Source: Candidatus Syntropharchaeum caldarium (lineage in GTDB: Archaea > Halobacteriota > Syntropharchaeia > Syntropharchaeales > Syntropharchaeaceae). From it: 32,000 nucleotides of DNA. The stretch covers positions 1 through 32,000 of the forward strand of contig LYOS01000004.1 in assembly GCA_001766815.1 (NCBI GenBank), written 5' to 3'. Below are positions 18,434 to 26,959 of the stretch, one piece after another; position 1 is the stretch's first letter, and each line of letters starts with the position of its first letter. Made by a program: the position numbers and the translations under genes. The notes below the pieces were generated by a model. It ran no database searches, was not told the origin of the DNA, and worked only from the letters and a program-made list of their open reading frames with translations.

Positions 18434-19403
18434 AAAGATCCTTTCTCCACCTGGTAACGCGTCGATATGTTATAAACGTCAGAACTGCAAGAAGAACGAG
18501 GTATGCAAGAAGCACCTTCAGTATTGCGATAATCATCTCATTGTACGTCTTATTTATATCCGTCTCAAGCTCCTCTATCGTTTCGAGTTTTCTGTCTGAA
18601 TGTAACTCATAGATCTTTTTTCCGCTGTAAAAATTATCTCTTGCTTTCAATACCTCCATGAATCCAGAAGTGAGACCAAAAAACCCTGGAGGATGATGCT
18701 CTGCGTTATCAAGGTGTACGCCTGCGGCATCTATGAACGAAGCTGCATTCTCCATATCTTTCTCATAGATCCGTCTGGTTCTCGCTGATTCAAACCTCAT
18801 ACGGCTTGAATCTGTGAGAAGATCGCCTTTTCTGTATGCCTCAGAGCTTATGGACATATACTCGATCCTGACAGCCGTCTCCTTCTCGATCCTTGAGGCA
18901 GACTCGAAGAACTCACCTTCTTTTATGTAAAATCGCTCAAGTGCAAGTTCCAGAAGAAGCGGGATTCCATTTGAAGAAGCCTCATCATATCCTGCAAAAA
19001 GGCTTATCGAGCTGTTTACATCATCTGCCATCCTGAGAGCTTCTATGTGAGAAGCAGGGTCGTCATCCACGTCCGTCATCGCTTCAAATTTATCGAGAAT
19101 CTCAAGAAAGAGGTCAACCCATTCTGATGTTACTACCGTAACCTCTGATCCATCCATTCCCTGTATAGTCGCCTGAACTTTGGTCTTTGCGAGGAATAAC
19201 TCACTGTAATCCTCAAAGAGTGATGGCTTATCAATCGCCAGCAGGTCTGTCAGGATCTCACGTTTTGTTGCATCAGATCCATCAACAGGCGTGATAGTGG
19301 AAAGAACGAGTATCAGGATGAGAAATACGGGAATCAGGTGATAACGCATCAAAAAAATTATGCTTTTCCTGTTTATAGTTTTATTGTCTCCTCCTAGAAC
19401 CAT
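18399..19403 (-). CDS. Membrane-anchored helical protein, paralog of the C-terminal half of the downstream 807-aa protein
   Basis: 334 aa. It has an N-terminal hydrophobic signal or anchor (MRYHLIPVFLILILVLSTITPVDG; the start could be the ATG at 19346). The C-terminal TM is IIAILKVLLAYLVLLAVLTFITY, followed by DLYDTRLGEE. Shared motifs with the 807-aa protein are AYR(K/N), ARRxYE and DA(A)G. It overlaps the next gene by 35 nt. Confidence 0.65.
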   Translation of the reverse strand: MVLGGDNKTINRKSIIFLMRYHLIPVFLILILVLSTITPVDGSDATKREILTDLLAIDKPSLFEDYSELFLAKTKVQATIQGMDGSEVTVVTSEWVDLFLEILDKFEAMTDVDDDPASHIEALRMADDVNSSISLFAGYDEASSNGIPLLLELALERFYIKEGEFFESASRIEKETAVRIEYMSISSEAYRKGDLLTDSSRMRFESARTRRIYEKDMENAASFIDAAGVHLDNAEHHPPGFFGLTSGFMEVLKARDNFYSGKKIYELHSDRKLETIEELETDINKTYNEMIIAILKVLLAYLVLLAVLTFITYRRVTRWRKDLYDTRLGEELIS

Positions 19404-19456
19404 TTTATCACTTTTTGGATATATCCTTCAGTCTTCTTCTCACTAGCATTGCATAA

Positions 19457-20590
19457 TCATCGAGATTTTTCTTTCTCACCGTTTCCTCCAAGATATCTGA
19501 TTCCCATCTCAAGAAGATCTTTTCGCTCTCCATCTTCAAGGTTGCAACTTGCCATATAACGCTCAAACTCTCTTTTTATCGATTTGAACGAGACATCACC
19601 TGCGTATGTTCCACCATTATCCCTGATGACATTCCATTTTATCTCAAAGTGGACAGCATCAGCTGTTAATCGTTTTATCTCATCGAAATCGATCGTGTTA
19701 TAGATCGCAACTGGAATATTCTCCACCTTAAGCCGTACGATCTTACCCGCTGGATCGCAGTCTGCAATTCGCCCTCTTATCAGATCCATCACCTCGCCTG
19801 CGGTTAAACCATCGCAACGAAGAGGCCTGATATCGACCATATCCCGTATATCAAGTTTTTTGAAGTGAACAACATGGTCGCCACTTAGATCAAGCTCTAA
19901 AAATCCCTTTGGATTTCCTGCATCGGTGAAAGATAGCCGCTCGGTTGAGCCTGAATAGTACGCATTTCCCCCGACATGAACCGCCCTGTGATAGTGCCCG
20001 AGTGCGATGTAGTCAAAACCTTCTCCAAACTCATCATACTCGATGATCTCCTCGTTGAAGAGACCTTCTTTGAATACCGAAACCCCAGAGACTCCACAAT
20101 GGAGCATCAAAATATTATAGTCGAAGCTTCGATCGATTTTAACCTTCTCAAGCTCACTTCGCATCCCATCCGGTGAATGTGGTATCGCATGAATCGCAAG
20201 TCCCAGATCATCAAAGCGGATCAGCTCATATTTACCCTCGTAGACTGGATATACATTATCAATGTGTTCAAATAGCCTGAAGACACTGCCTGTCTCACGC
20301 AGTCTCGGAGTCTCGTGATTTCCAGATATTACAACAAACGGGATCTCTTCATCTGACAGTTTGAGAAGAAGATCGAGCACATTGGATATTGCACGATTTG
20401 TAGGTCTTACAGCATCAAAAAGATCACCTGCATGTAATATAATATCAGGATGAGTCTCTATCGCGTAATCCACAAACTGTTTGAACGCATCGTAAACGTC
20501 AACCTCCCGCTGGTTTAGCCCTGACCCGCTCTCAACCTTCCTGTAGGCTGAGTACCCGATGTGTGTATCAGCAAGGTGCAGTAGTTTCAT
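19457..20590 (-). CDS. mre11: Mre11/SbcD-family DNA double-strand-break nuclease (calcineurin-like metallophosphoesterase)
   Basis: 377 aa. The ordered phosphoesterase motifs are LHLADTHIG, HAGDLFD, ISGNHE, MLHCGV and GHYH, with Mre11-like spacing and a C-terminal capping-type domain. No Rad50/SbcC ORF is adjacent. Confidence 0.85.
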   Translation of the reverse strand: MKLLHLADTHIGYSAYRKVESGSGLNQREVDVYDAFKQFVDYAIETHPDIILHAGDLFDAVRPTNRAISNVLDLLLKLSDEEIPFVVISGNHETPRLRETGSVFRLFEHIDNVYPVYEGKYELIRFDDLGLAIHAIPHSPDGMRSELEKVKIDRSFDYNILMLHCGVSGVSVFKEGLFNEEIIEYDEFGEGFDYIALGHYHRAVHVGGNAYYSGSTERLSFTDAGNPKGFLELDLSGDHVVHFKKLDIRDMVDIRPLRCDGLTAGEVMDLIRGRIADCDPAGKIVRLKVENIPVAIYNTIDFDEIKRLTADAVHFEIKWNVIRDNGGTYAGDVSFKSIKREFERYMASCNLEDGERKDLLEMGIRYLGGNGEKEKSR

Positions 20591-21660
20591 GGCTCTCTCA
20601 GGTAATTCTCCACGTGCATTGGATCGAATCGATCGATCGATGCCATCGACTTTATGAAGTTGAAGAGTTTCAATCTAACCTCGGGGTCAAGATTTGGATA
20701 CCATATCGGACTTGCAACTACCAGACCTCTGAACAGGTAAAACGGAGGGATGAATTCGAGTATATCGTAATCCTCGGTCTTCTCAAGATAGTTTTCCCAG
20801 AATATATCAAAAAGTTCCTTGAACGCGCCGTCGAAGGAACCGCGCTGGGTGAGTGCGAAGAAGAGATAGTTGATCGTGATCGAGGACAGATCATCTGCAG
20901 CCTCACCCCATGCACCACGCGATCGATCAAGCATCGTGAAGGATGTACCCTCCCTGAAAAGAATATTCCATGGGTGGAAATCCCCGTGAACCGCACATAA
21001 TCGCTCACATCTATCCTTGATTCTCCACCGCCACCTTACAGCCCCTTTCTCGATTATTTCAAGTTCTTTCCATGAGATAAACTCAAGATTGGGTGGATAG
21101 CTGTCCGTAAGCCCCATTATGCACTCACCATGTCCAACAAGTTCCCTTATTCGCCTCGTATACAGTGATTCCATCCCTTTCTCAGGTTTTATAGCATGAA
21201 TGCGGGCAAGATAGGAGGATAAAGCGTACGCACGTTCGCGATCAAGATCTTCAAGCTCTCCACGCCTGGAAATCCTGTTTAGATCCAGAACGTACTCAGA
21301 ACCCTCAACCTCTTCCATCAGCAGAAAGTACTCATTAGCATCTCTCACAGATTTCATTGCTCCATCTGCTGTGAAATATCCAATATCGACCGATTTTACA
21401 TGCTCTGGCAGGCTGTTGAAGGTGTGGTATTGTTCCATCAAAACCCTTGCTCGATCTTCCATGTGTTCGTGCCCGAATGAGTCACCACGCATCGTTGATA
21501 GCACGAAACCTTTCTTCACACCCCCGATCTCAACCTCGATCTTCAGTGGCTTGCCGTACCCAAAACCCTTGAGTTCATCCAGACCTCCAATATCTCCTGT
21601 GCTCACAAGCTTTGCATCTTTGCCAAACAACTCCCGTATATACGCTTCAACTTTCATCAT
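20587..21660 (-). CDS. Phosphotransferase of the aminoglycoside-phosphotransferase/choline-kinase (APH/ChoK, protein-kinase-like) fold; substrate unknown
   Basis: The catalytic loop is HGDFHPWNILF, followed by the metal-binding MLDRSRGAWGEAADDL. I chose the ATG-ATG at 21660/21657 ([13 protein letters not shown]). The track ORF begins at an upstream GTG (21810) deep inside the preceding gene. It shares an ATGA overlap with mre11. Confidence 0.75.
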   Translation of the reverse strand: MMKVEAYIRELFGKDAKLVSTGDIGGLDELKGFGYGKPLKIEVEIGGVKKGFVLSTMRGDSFGHEHMEDRARVLMEQYHTFNSLPEHVKSVDIGYFTADGAMKSVRDANEYFLLMEEVEGSEYVLDLNRISRRGELEDLDRERAYALSSYLARIHAIKPEKGMESLYTRRIRELVGHGECIMGLTDSYPPNLEFISWKELEIIEKGAVRWRWRIKDRCERLCAVHGDFHPWNILFREGTSFTMLDRSRGAWGEAADDLSSITINYLFFALTQRGSFDGAFKELFDIFWENYLEKTEDYDILEFIPPFYLFRGLVVASPIWYPNLDPEVRLKLFNFIKSMASIDRFDPMHVENYLREP

Positions 21661-22846
21661 CCTTAAGCCTCGATGGGTAGATTCGCCTGTACTCAACAAT
21701 TTCTTCAAAAGTTTTAATAGAATTTGCAACCGTATCATCGATTTGTTTCGTATCAAGAAGCTTGACAAGCTTGTTTGAGTTGAAAACTGATACCTCCTCC
21801 CATATTCCACTGCTTTTGAGCAGATTTACAAGTTCATTGTACCGCTCTTCATCCCTGGACTTCGATGGATATTCAGGCTTTTTTGATATCTTGATCCTCA
21901 ACCTGTACTCACTGCCATTTATGACATCTACCCCTTCTCTTAGTGCATATCTATATATCGCATCTTTCAACCTCGATTCTTCCTCTTCAAGCTTTTTCTT
22001 TTGGTTTTTAAGCTCGATGAATCTGTTCACAAGTCTGACACCATCCTCCTCAATAAAGGCATCTGGTGGAAGATCAGCTACCTTGAATGCATGTTTCTTT
22101 GAGGGGCAAAGGTCCTGGTATCCGCACCAGTTGCAGAGGGCAGATTCTTTTGGTTCGAAGCTTTCAGCTGTCTCGATCTCGTAAATCTTTTTTACAATCT
22201 CCTCTTTGAGCATTTCAAGTGTAATTCTGTTCCTTTTTGATCGGAACTCCTTGTCAAACTTGAGGTAGTGCCATACAAGGTCAACATCCGAGATATCATT
22301 CCACAGCGGCTCGATTCCAAGCTGATACAATGCAAGTTGCTTATCCTGATCGATTTCCGATTGGTATGGCAGAGTGGATGATGTTTTGTAGTCATGAATC
22401 TCATACGTCCCATTTTCTCGCTGATCCACACGATCAATAAATCCAATGAACTTGAACTCAGAGTCGGGGAGTGGTACTTCTATTCGCATCTCAAGTGCGA
22501 TCGTCTTTGCCTGCTCAAATGGATAATACCGTCTGTAATAGCCCTCAAGACAGTTTCTGCCGATTTCTTTATAATTATCAGATGTGTAGTCTTTTCTGAT
22601 TACAAGAACACCATCATGGAACTTCTTCTCCCAGTTTACATCGTAAAAATCAATTAGTTCATCGAGCTGGGGGTCTTTTGCCATCATCTTATCCCTGTAG
22701 AGCTTTTCAAGACTCTCATGAACTCTTGAACCCATGAACGCTTCTATACCTTCTGTATCAGGCTTTATCCGATCAATATATCGAAGTTTGAACTGAAATG
22801 GACAGTTTTCATACGCACCAATCCTGGAGTAGGAGTATGTCTTCAA
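21647..22846 (-). CDS. Cas4/AddB-like PD-(D/E)XK nuclease with 4Fe-4S Cys signature and ~150-aa C-terminal coiled-coil extension
   Basis: 399 aa. There is an N-terminal Cys (YENCPFQF). Nuclease motifs are GFIDRVD and EIHDYKT (D...DxK) plus QLALYQL (QhxxY). The C-terminal [10 protein letters not shown] is a CX2CX5C cluster. The TTG start overlaps the upstream stop and sits 4 nt after GGAGGTG. No other cas genes and no CRISPR array are present. Confidence 0.85.
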   Translation of the reverse strand: MKTYSYSRIGAYENCPFQFKLRYIDRIKPDTEGIEAFMGSRVHESLEKLYRDKMMAKDPQLDELIDFYDVNWEKKFHDGVLVIRKDYTSDNYKEIGRNCLEGYYRRYYPFEQAKTIALEMRIEVPLPDSEFKFIGFIDRVDQRENGTYEIHDYKTSSTLPYQSEIDQDKQLALYQLGIEPLWNDISDVDLVWHYLKFDKEFRSKRNRITLEMLKEEIVKKIYEIETAESFEPKESALCNWCGYQDLCPSKKHAFKVADLPPDAFIEEDGVRLVNRFIELKNQKKKLEEEESRLKDAIYRYALREGVDVINGSEYRLRIKISKKPEYPSKSRDEERYNELVNLLKSSGIWEEVSVFNSNKLVKLLDTKQIDDTVANSIKTFEEIVEYRRIYPSRLKDDES

Positions 22847-23976
22847 TTCACACCTCCCAGAATCTTTCGCACGATCTCATCCCCAACCTCTGATGTCTTA
22901 CTGTTACCCCCAAGATCATAAGTTCTAACTTTCCCTTCTTTCAGAACATCTTTTATTCCAGTTATAATTCTCTCTGCTGCCCTCACTTCACCCAGTTGTT
23001 CAATGAGCATCGCACCTGCCCATATCGTTGCAATCGGATTTACGACATTCTTTCCTGCATACTTTGGAGCAGATCCATGAATCGGCTCGAACATCGATGT
23101 TCCATCGGGATTTATATTCCCACCAGGTGCAAGTCCAAGCCCACCCTGAATCATCGCACCAAGATCCGTGATGATATCTCCAAAGAGATTCGGTGCAACA
23201 ACAACCCTGTACCACTCAGGGTTCTTCACAAACCACATCGTCGTCGCATCAACGAAGTTGAACTCGGTCTCAATCGAAGGATAGCGTGCTGCAACATCGA
23301 GAAAAACATCCCTCCAGAGCCCATACATCTGAGAGAGGACGTTTGCTTTATCCACCCCTGTCACACGTTCCATACCTTTTCGAGCTGCAAGACTGAAGGC
23401 ATAATCGATGACGCGCTCTGCCCCTTCCTTTGAGATCACACCAATCTGGTATGCGATCTCTTCGCTGCTTGTCTCGATGTCGAGATCGAACCGAACCTGA
23501 TAGAGTTCTCTCAGGAGTTCAAGCTGCACCTTTGAATTCCTGCCTTTGAACCTGTCACCGATACCGATATAGAAATCCTCCGTATTCTCACGCACAACAA
23601 CGAAATCGATCTCTTCGGGCCCTTTATCCTTAATTGGAGTCCAAACACCTTCCAGAAGTTTTATTGGTCTGAGATTAACATACTGGTCAAAGTAAAATCT
23701 CAGTTTAAGTAAAATTCCAAGTTCAAGAATCCCTGGCTCAACTCTTGGATCACCAAGTGAGCCGAGATATATTGCCTTATACTGCCCAAGCTCTTTGAGT
23801 TCATCTTCACTTATTAACTGTCCACTTTTAAGGTAGCGATCTGCACCAATATCATAAGGTATCCACTCGACATCAAATCCCTCTACCTCTGCCACAGCTT
23901 CAATCACCTTTCTGCCCTCATTGATGATCTCTGGACCGATACCATCACCAGGAATTACCGGTATCTTATACATCAT
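22843..23976 (-). CDS. Isocitrate/isopropylmalate dehydrogenase-family oxidative decarboxylase (closest in layout to tartrate/D-malate/3-isopropylmalate dehydrogenases)
   Basis: 377 aa. Motifs: [69 protein letters not shown]. The exact substrate cannot be assigned from sequence alone. Confidence 0.88.
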   Translation of the reverse strand: MMYKIPVIPGDGIGPEIINEGRKVIEAVAEVEGFDVEWIPYDIGADRYLKSGQLISEDELKELGQYKAIYLGSLGDPRVEPGILELGILLKLRFYFDQYVNLRPIKLLEGVWTPIKDKGPEEIDFVVVRENTEDFYIGIGDRFKGRNSKVQLELLRELYQVRFDLDIETSSEEIAYQIGVISKEGAERVIDYAFSLAARKGMERVTGVDKANVLSQMYGLWRDVFLDVAARYPSIETEFNFVDATTMWFVKNPEWYRVVVAPNLFGDIITDLGAMIQGGLGLAPGGNINPDGTSMFEPIHGSAPKYAGKNVVNPIATIWAGAMLIEQLGEVRAAERIITGIKDVLKEGKVRTYDLGGNSKTSEVGDEIVRKILGGVN

Positions 23977-24021
23977 GTTTAACCCTTCGGTGGATGAGTG
24001 TATAAATATTAACCCTCGACC

Positions 24022-24780
24022 TCACCGTTTTCTTTTCTGCTTCAACAACTCGGAAACCCTCTGGAATGACTTTTCATCAACAATCCCTTCATGCCCACCA
24101 TCAAAAAGATTATCACCCCACTTAACCCTACCGAGGTAGGTTTTGTTTGTCAGGATTCTGTAAACCAGTGATCGTGGAACATTGAATGCCCTTGAGATCT
24201 GTACTGTGCTATTTCCGCGTAAATACGCTCGATAGATATCTTTAACAATCTCGGCCTCCTCTTCAACCACAACCAGGCGTTTATCTTCAAAGCGATATCC
24301 AAATGGTGGCTTGTACTGGACATATCCATCTTTCGCCTTTTTATCCATCCCGAGAATGACTCGTTGTCGAATAATATCACGTTCAAACTCTGCAAACGCT
24401 CCGATGATATGAAACATTAACTTTCCCACGGGTGTTGTTGTATCGATCTGTTCTGTGAGGCTCACAAAATCAACATTATAACTCCTCAATTCATCGATCG
24501 TGAGTATTATATCCCTCAGTGACCTGCTCAATCTGTCAAGTTTGTAAACTAAAAGAACATCAAGAAGATTATTTTTACCATCTTCAATCAATCTTTGAAG
24601 CTGTGGACGGTTGAGTGTGCCACCACTCAAACCTGCATCCACATACTCCCCTACAATATGCCATTCGTTGAATTTGCAGTACTCCTCAAGCTTCTGTTTC
24701 TGTGCAGCGAGGCTGGCACCCGTGGATACCTGCTCTTCTGTGCTTACCCTCAGATACAATCCCACCCTTTTTTGTTCCAT
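24022..24780 (-). CDS. Serine recombinase: resolvase-type catalytic domain plus the 'recombinase' domain of large serine recombinases, but no zinc-ribbon/coiled-coil domain
   Basis: The catalytic Ser lies in VGLYLRVSTEEQ. Other catalytic-domain motifs are VYKLDRLSRS and GAFAEFERDII. The recombinase-domain region reads PPFGYR...EAEIVKDIYRAY...LTNKTYLGRVKW...HEGIVDEKSFQRV. The protein ends about 10 aa later. The ATG at 24780 is preferred over the TTG at 24801. Confidence 0.88.
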   Translation of the reverse strand: MEQKRVGLYLRVSTEEQVSTGASLAAQKQKLEEYCKFNEWHIVGEYVDAGLSGGTLNRPQLQRLIEDGKNNLLDVLLVYKLDRLSRSLRDIILTIDELRSYNVDFVSLTEQIDTTTPVGKLMFHIIGAFAEFERDIIRQRVILGMDKKAKDGYVQYKPPFGYRFEDKRLVVVEEEAEIVKDIYRAYLRGNSTVQISRAFNVPRSLVYRILTNKTYLGRVKWGDNLFDGGHEGIVDEKSFQRVSELLKQKRKR

Positions 24781-24825
24781 AAGGTTTACCTTTCGGAACA
24801 ATAAATATAGTTTTTGGCGTATTCT

Positions 24826-24975
24826 GGAAAAATATTAAAAAATAATATTTATAATATCTTAATTAATTTATATTTGATTAAATATGAATTACTACATTAA
24901 ATAAATTATAGAAAGTATCTATTATAGTATAACTAATTAGAAATAAGTTTTGTGTAATACAAAATAAAATCCTCA
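24826..24975. other. Extremely AT-rich intergenic tract (about 11% GC by hand count over 24831-24970)
   Basis: I counted 15 G/C in the 140 nt of 24831-24970, whereas the surrounding genes are mid-40s % GC by eye. The tract lies between the XPD 3' end and the recombinase 5' end. It is flanked by TATTCTGGAAAAA (24819-24831) and the imperfectly inverted AATTCCTGAGGAT (complement of ~24970-24982). Confidence 0.8.
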
Positions 24976-24991
24976 GGAATTAAGAAGAATC

Positions 24992-25013
24992 AAAAAACCG
25001 GACAGTTAAAAAA
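24992..25013 (-). terminator. Two T6 tracts downstream of XPD (terminator candidate)
   Basis: The minus strand reads CCATTTTTTAACTGTCCGGTTTTTTGATTC, beginning about 30 nt after the XPD stop. Confidence 0.35.
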
Positions 25014-25044
25014 TGGTGCATACGCCGCAGAACTCACCTGCAAA

Positions 25045-26907
25045 TTAGTCTTTCAATTTTTGATTGCTTTGATAGAAAAATTCCTTCAACATCTCCGCCC
25101 ATTCATCACTTATAATCACCCTGAAATCTGGTGGCAGACAATCGAGATATTTTTGCATACCAAAACGATCGTCCATGAGAATAATTGCCCCGCGATCTTC
25201 TTCGCTTCGGATACATCTTCCAGCAGCCTGCAGGACTTTGTTCATTGCAGGATACGTGTACCCATACAGGTGTCCACGTCCAAATTTTTTGTTATAGTAC
25301 TCAATCAATGATTTGACCTCAATCGATGGAGGACTGAGTGGGATTCCTACAATAACCACCCCATCAAGCGCATTTGCAGCGTAATCAATACCCTCTGCGA
25401 ACGAACCTCCCATAACTCCAACAAGAATGCCACCATCTTCTTCTTTAAGGTGCATCAAAAGATCATACATTCCATCTTTATCTTCCTTGCTCATCCCACG
25501 ATCCTCTCTGACAATCCGTTTCGATGATCGTAGATACTGCAGGACCGCATTCATAATCATATAGGATGGGAAAAAAACTGCAAGATTTCCTGGGATAATA
25601 TCTGCAACTGTATTCAGATTAGTGCCTATCTTTGCATACATCATTTCATCTCGCTTTGAATAGAGTGTCGTCGTCCCAGGAACCGAAAGTATAATGCGAT
25701 TCTTCTTTGGAAAAGGGGATCTGTAAGTGGCTAAAATTGACCTCTCTGCCTCGATTCCAAGTATATCTCGTATCATCTCAGGATATAGCGTTCCACTCAT
25801 GAGAATCGATGCATGAATATGGTCAAATATTCCTCTTGCAAGAATTGATGGATCAAGGAGTCGGTTTGAGATACGCGGCGTCTCTTTATTCTCAAATATC
25901 CTGACAGATGCACCTTCATTTGCAGGCCAACCTTTGAGAAAAGCTGCGAGGTGTTCAAGTGCCGAGTGATAGTTTCCGTCTTTGATGATTTTCTCTCCAC
26001 CTGCAGAGATCAGCCTGACAAACGCATCAAAGTCCAGCGGCTCGAGCTGCTCTTTTAGGATCTTATCAACTCGAACGACGAGATCATCTACCGTGAGCAT
26101 AATCTCGCCCCCCACAGGCGTTTGCTTCCCAAACGCATCAAAGATCCTGGTCATACCTCTGAGATGGTGGGTTAAACGTGCCATTTCATTTCCTTTAAGC
26201 GTTTTTGACTCCTTTATTGCATCTTTTAGATCAAAAATACTAATACTGTCGCTTAAATGGTCCCTTATACGATCCGGTAGATTGTGTGCCTCGTCAACAA
26301 TCACAATAAGCTCATCAAGCCCTTTTCCAAGCCTTGCTAATATTGTATCCTCTACAGGAGAGAAAAGATAGTTGTAATCACATACAATAACATCCGCAAC
26401 CCCGCCAAGTTCAAGTGCAGTCTTATAGGGACAGACCTCACATGCTGTTGCCAGACGAACGAGAGAATCAACATCATAGATCGTATGCATAAGATCTTCG
26501 ATGAGGCTTTTATCTTCGCCTGTAGCATACTTGCATCGATGTGCGCGTTGTTCTCTTGCGCAGAACTCATGAAATTCACCAGAAAATAACCGCTGAGCGC
26601 CACCTCTTGGACACATACTCTGCTTTGCGATGATGTCAACAACAATGATATTTCTCCCACTTACATCCTTCATGAGCCGCAGCGTATCGATCGCTATCCT
26701 GTGCTGTGACTGACGGGATGTTAGAAATAGTGTCAAAAGTCCATTGTCCATTCCATACTCGAGCGAAGCAGCAAGTGCAGCGGCCGTCTTTCCGATTCCA
26801 GTTGGTGCATGTGCAAGAAGGTGCTTACCGCTCGATATCACACGCCTTGCATCATCCAGAAATTCACTTTGACCGCTCCTGATCGTTGGAAAGGGAAACA
26901 GGTTCAT
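25045..26907 (-). CDS. xpd: XPD/Rad3-family 5'-3' DNA helicase (SF2, Fe-S cluster domain)
   Basis: Walker A is HAPTGIGKTAAAL and the DEAH box is VDEAHNL. Four Cys residues sit between motifs I and II (SMCPRGG, FCAREQRAHRCKY, CEVCPYK). VIVCDYNYLFS and the C-terminal helicase motifs (GSFAEGIDY, QAAGRCIR) are present. The ATG at 26907 is preferred over the TTG at 26910. Confidence 0.9.
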   Translation of the reverse strand: MNLFPFPTIRSGQSEFLDDARRVISSGKHLLAHAPTGIGKTAAALAASLEYGMDNGLLTLFLTSRQSQHRIAIDTLRLMKDVSGRNIIVVDIIAKQSMCPRGGAQRLFSGEFHEFCAREQRAHRCKYATGEDKSLIEDLMHTIYDVDSLVRLATACEVCPYKTALELGGVADVIVCDYNYLFSPVEDTILARLGKGLDELIVIVDEAHNLPDRIRDHLSDSISIFDLKDAIKESKTLKGNEMARLTHHLRGMTRIFDAFGKQTPVGGEIMLTVDDLVVRVDKILKEQLEPLDFDAFVRLISAGGEKIIKDGNYHSALEHLAAFLKGWPANEGASVRIFENKETPRISNRLLDPSILARGIFDHIHASILMSGTLYPEMIRDILGIEAERSILATYRSPFPKKNRIILSVPGTTTLYSKRDEMMYAKIGTNLNTVADIIPGNLAVFFPSYMIMNAVLQYLRSSKRIVREDRGMSKEDKDGMYDLLMHLKEEDGGILVGVMGGSFAEGIDYAANALDGVVIVGIPLSPPSIEVKSLIEYYNKKFGRGHLYGYTYPAMNKVLQAAGRCIRSEEDRGAIILMDDRFGMQKYLDCLPPDFRVIISDEWAEMLKEFFYQSNQKLKD

Positions 26908-26928
26908 CAACTTTCAGGAGTGCGTAGT

Positions 26929-26938
26929 CTTATATAAG
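26929..26938. promoter_or_regulatory. Perfectly palindromic TATA element CTTATATAAG, a candidate bidirectional promoter for xpd and osmC
   Basis: The element centre (26933.5) is 26.5 nt from the first base of the xpd ATG (26907, minus strand). It is also 26.5 nt from the first base of the osmC ATG (26960, plus strand). This matches the archaeal TATA-to-TSS distance if both mRNAs are leaderless. Confidence 0.4.
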
Positions 26939-26959
26939 ATCTCTTTGTATGTGTGATCG

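Noticed and set aside
21661-21810. 50-codon N-terminal extension of the kinase-like ORF
   Set aside because: It is GTG-initiated and lies wholly inside the nuclease gene with a low-complexity translation. The ATG-ATG at 21660 gives a sensible N-terminus.
3945-24801. Whole interval between the tRNA-Arg and the serine recombinase as one integrated element
   Set aside because: It contains core housekeeping genes (thrS, RFC subunit, radB, fni). No tRNA 3'-end duplicate was found by eye.
24830-24850. Inverted repeat AAATATTA-N5-TAATATTT as a recombinase crossover site
   Set aside because: An 8-bp A/T-only palindrome is expected by chance in an 11% GC tract.
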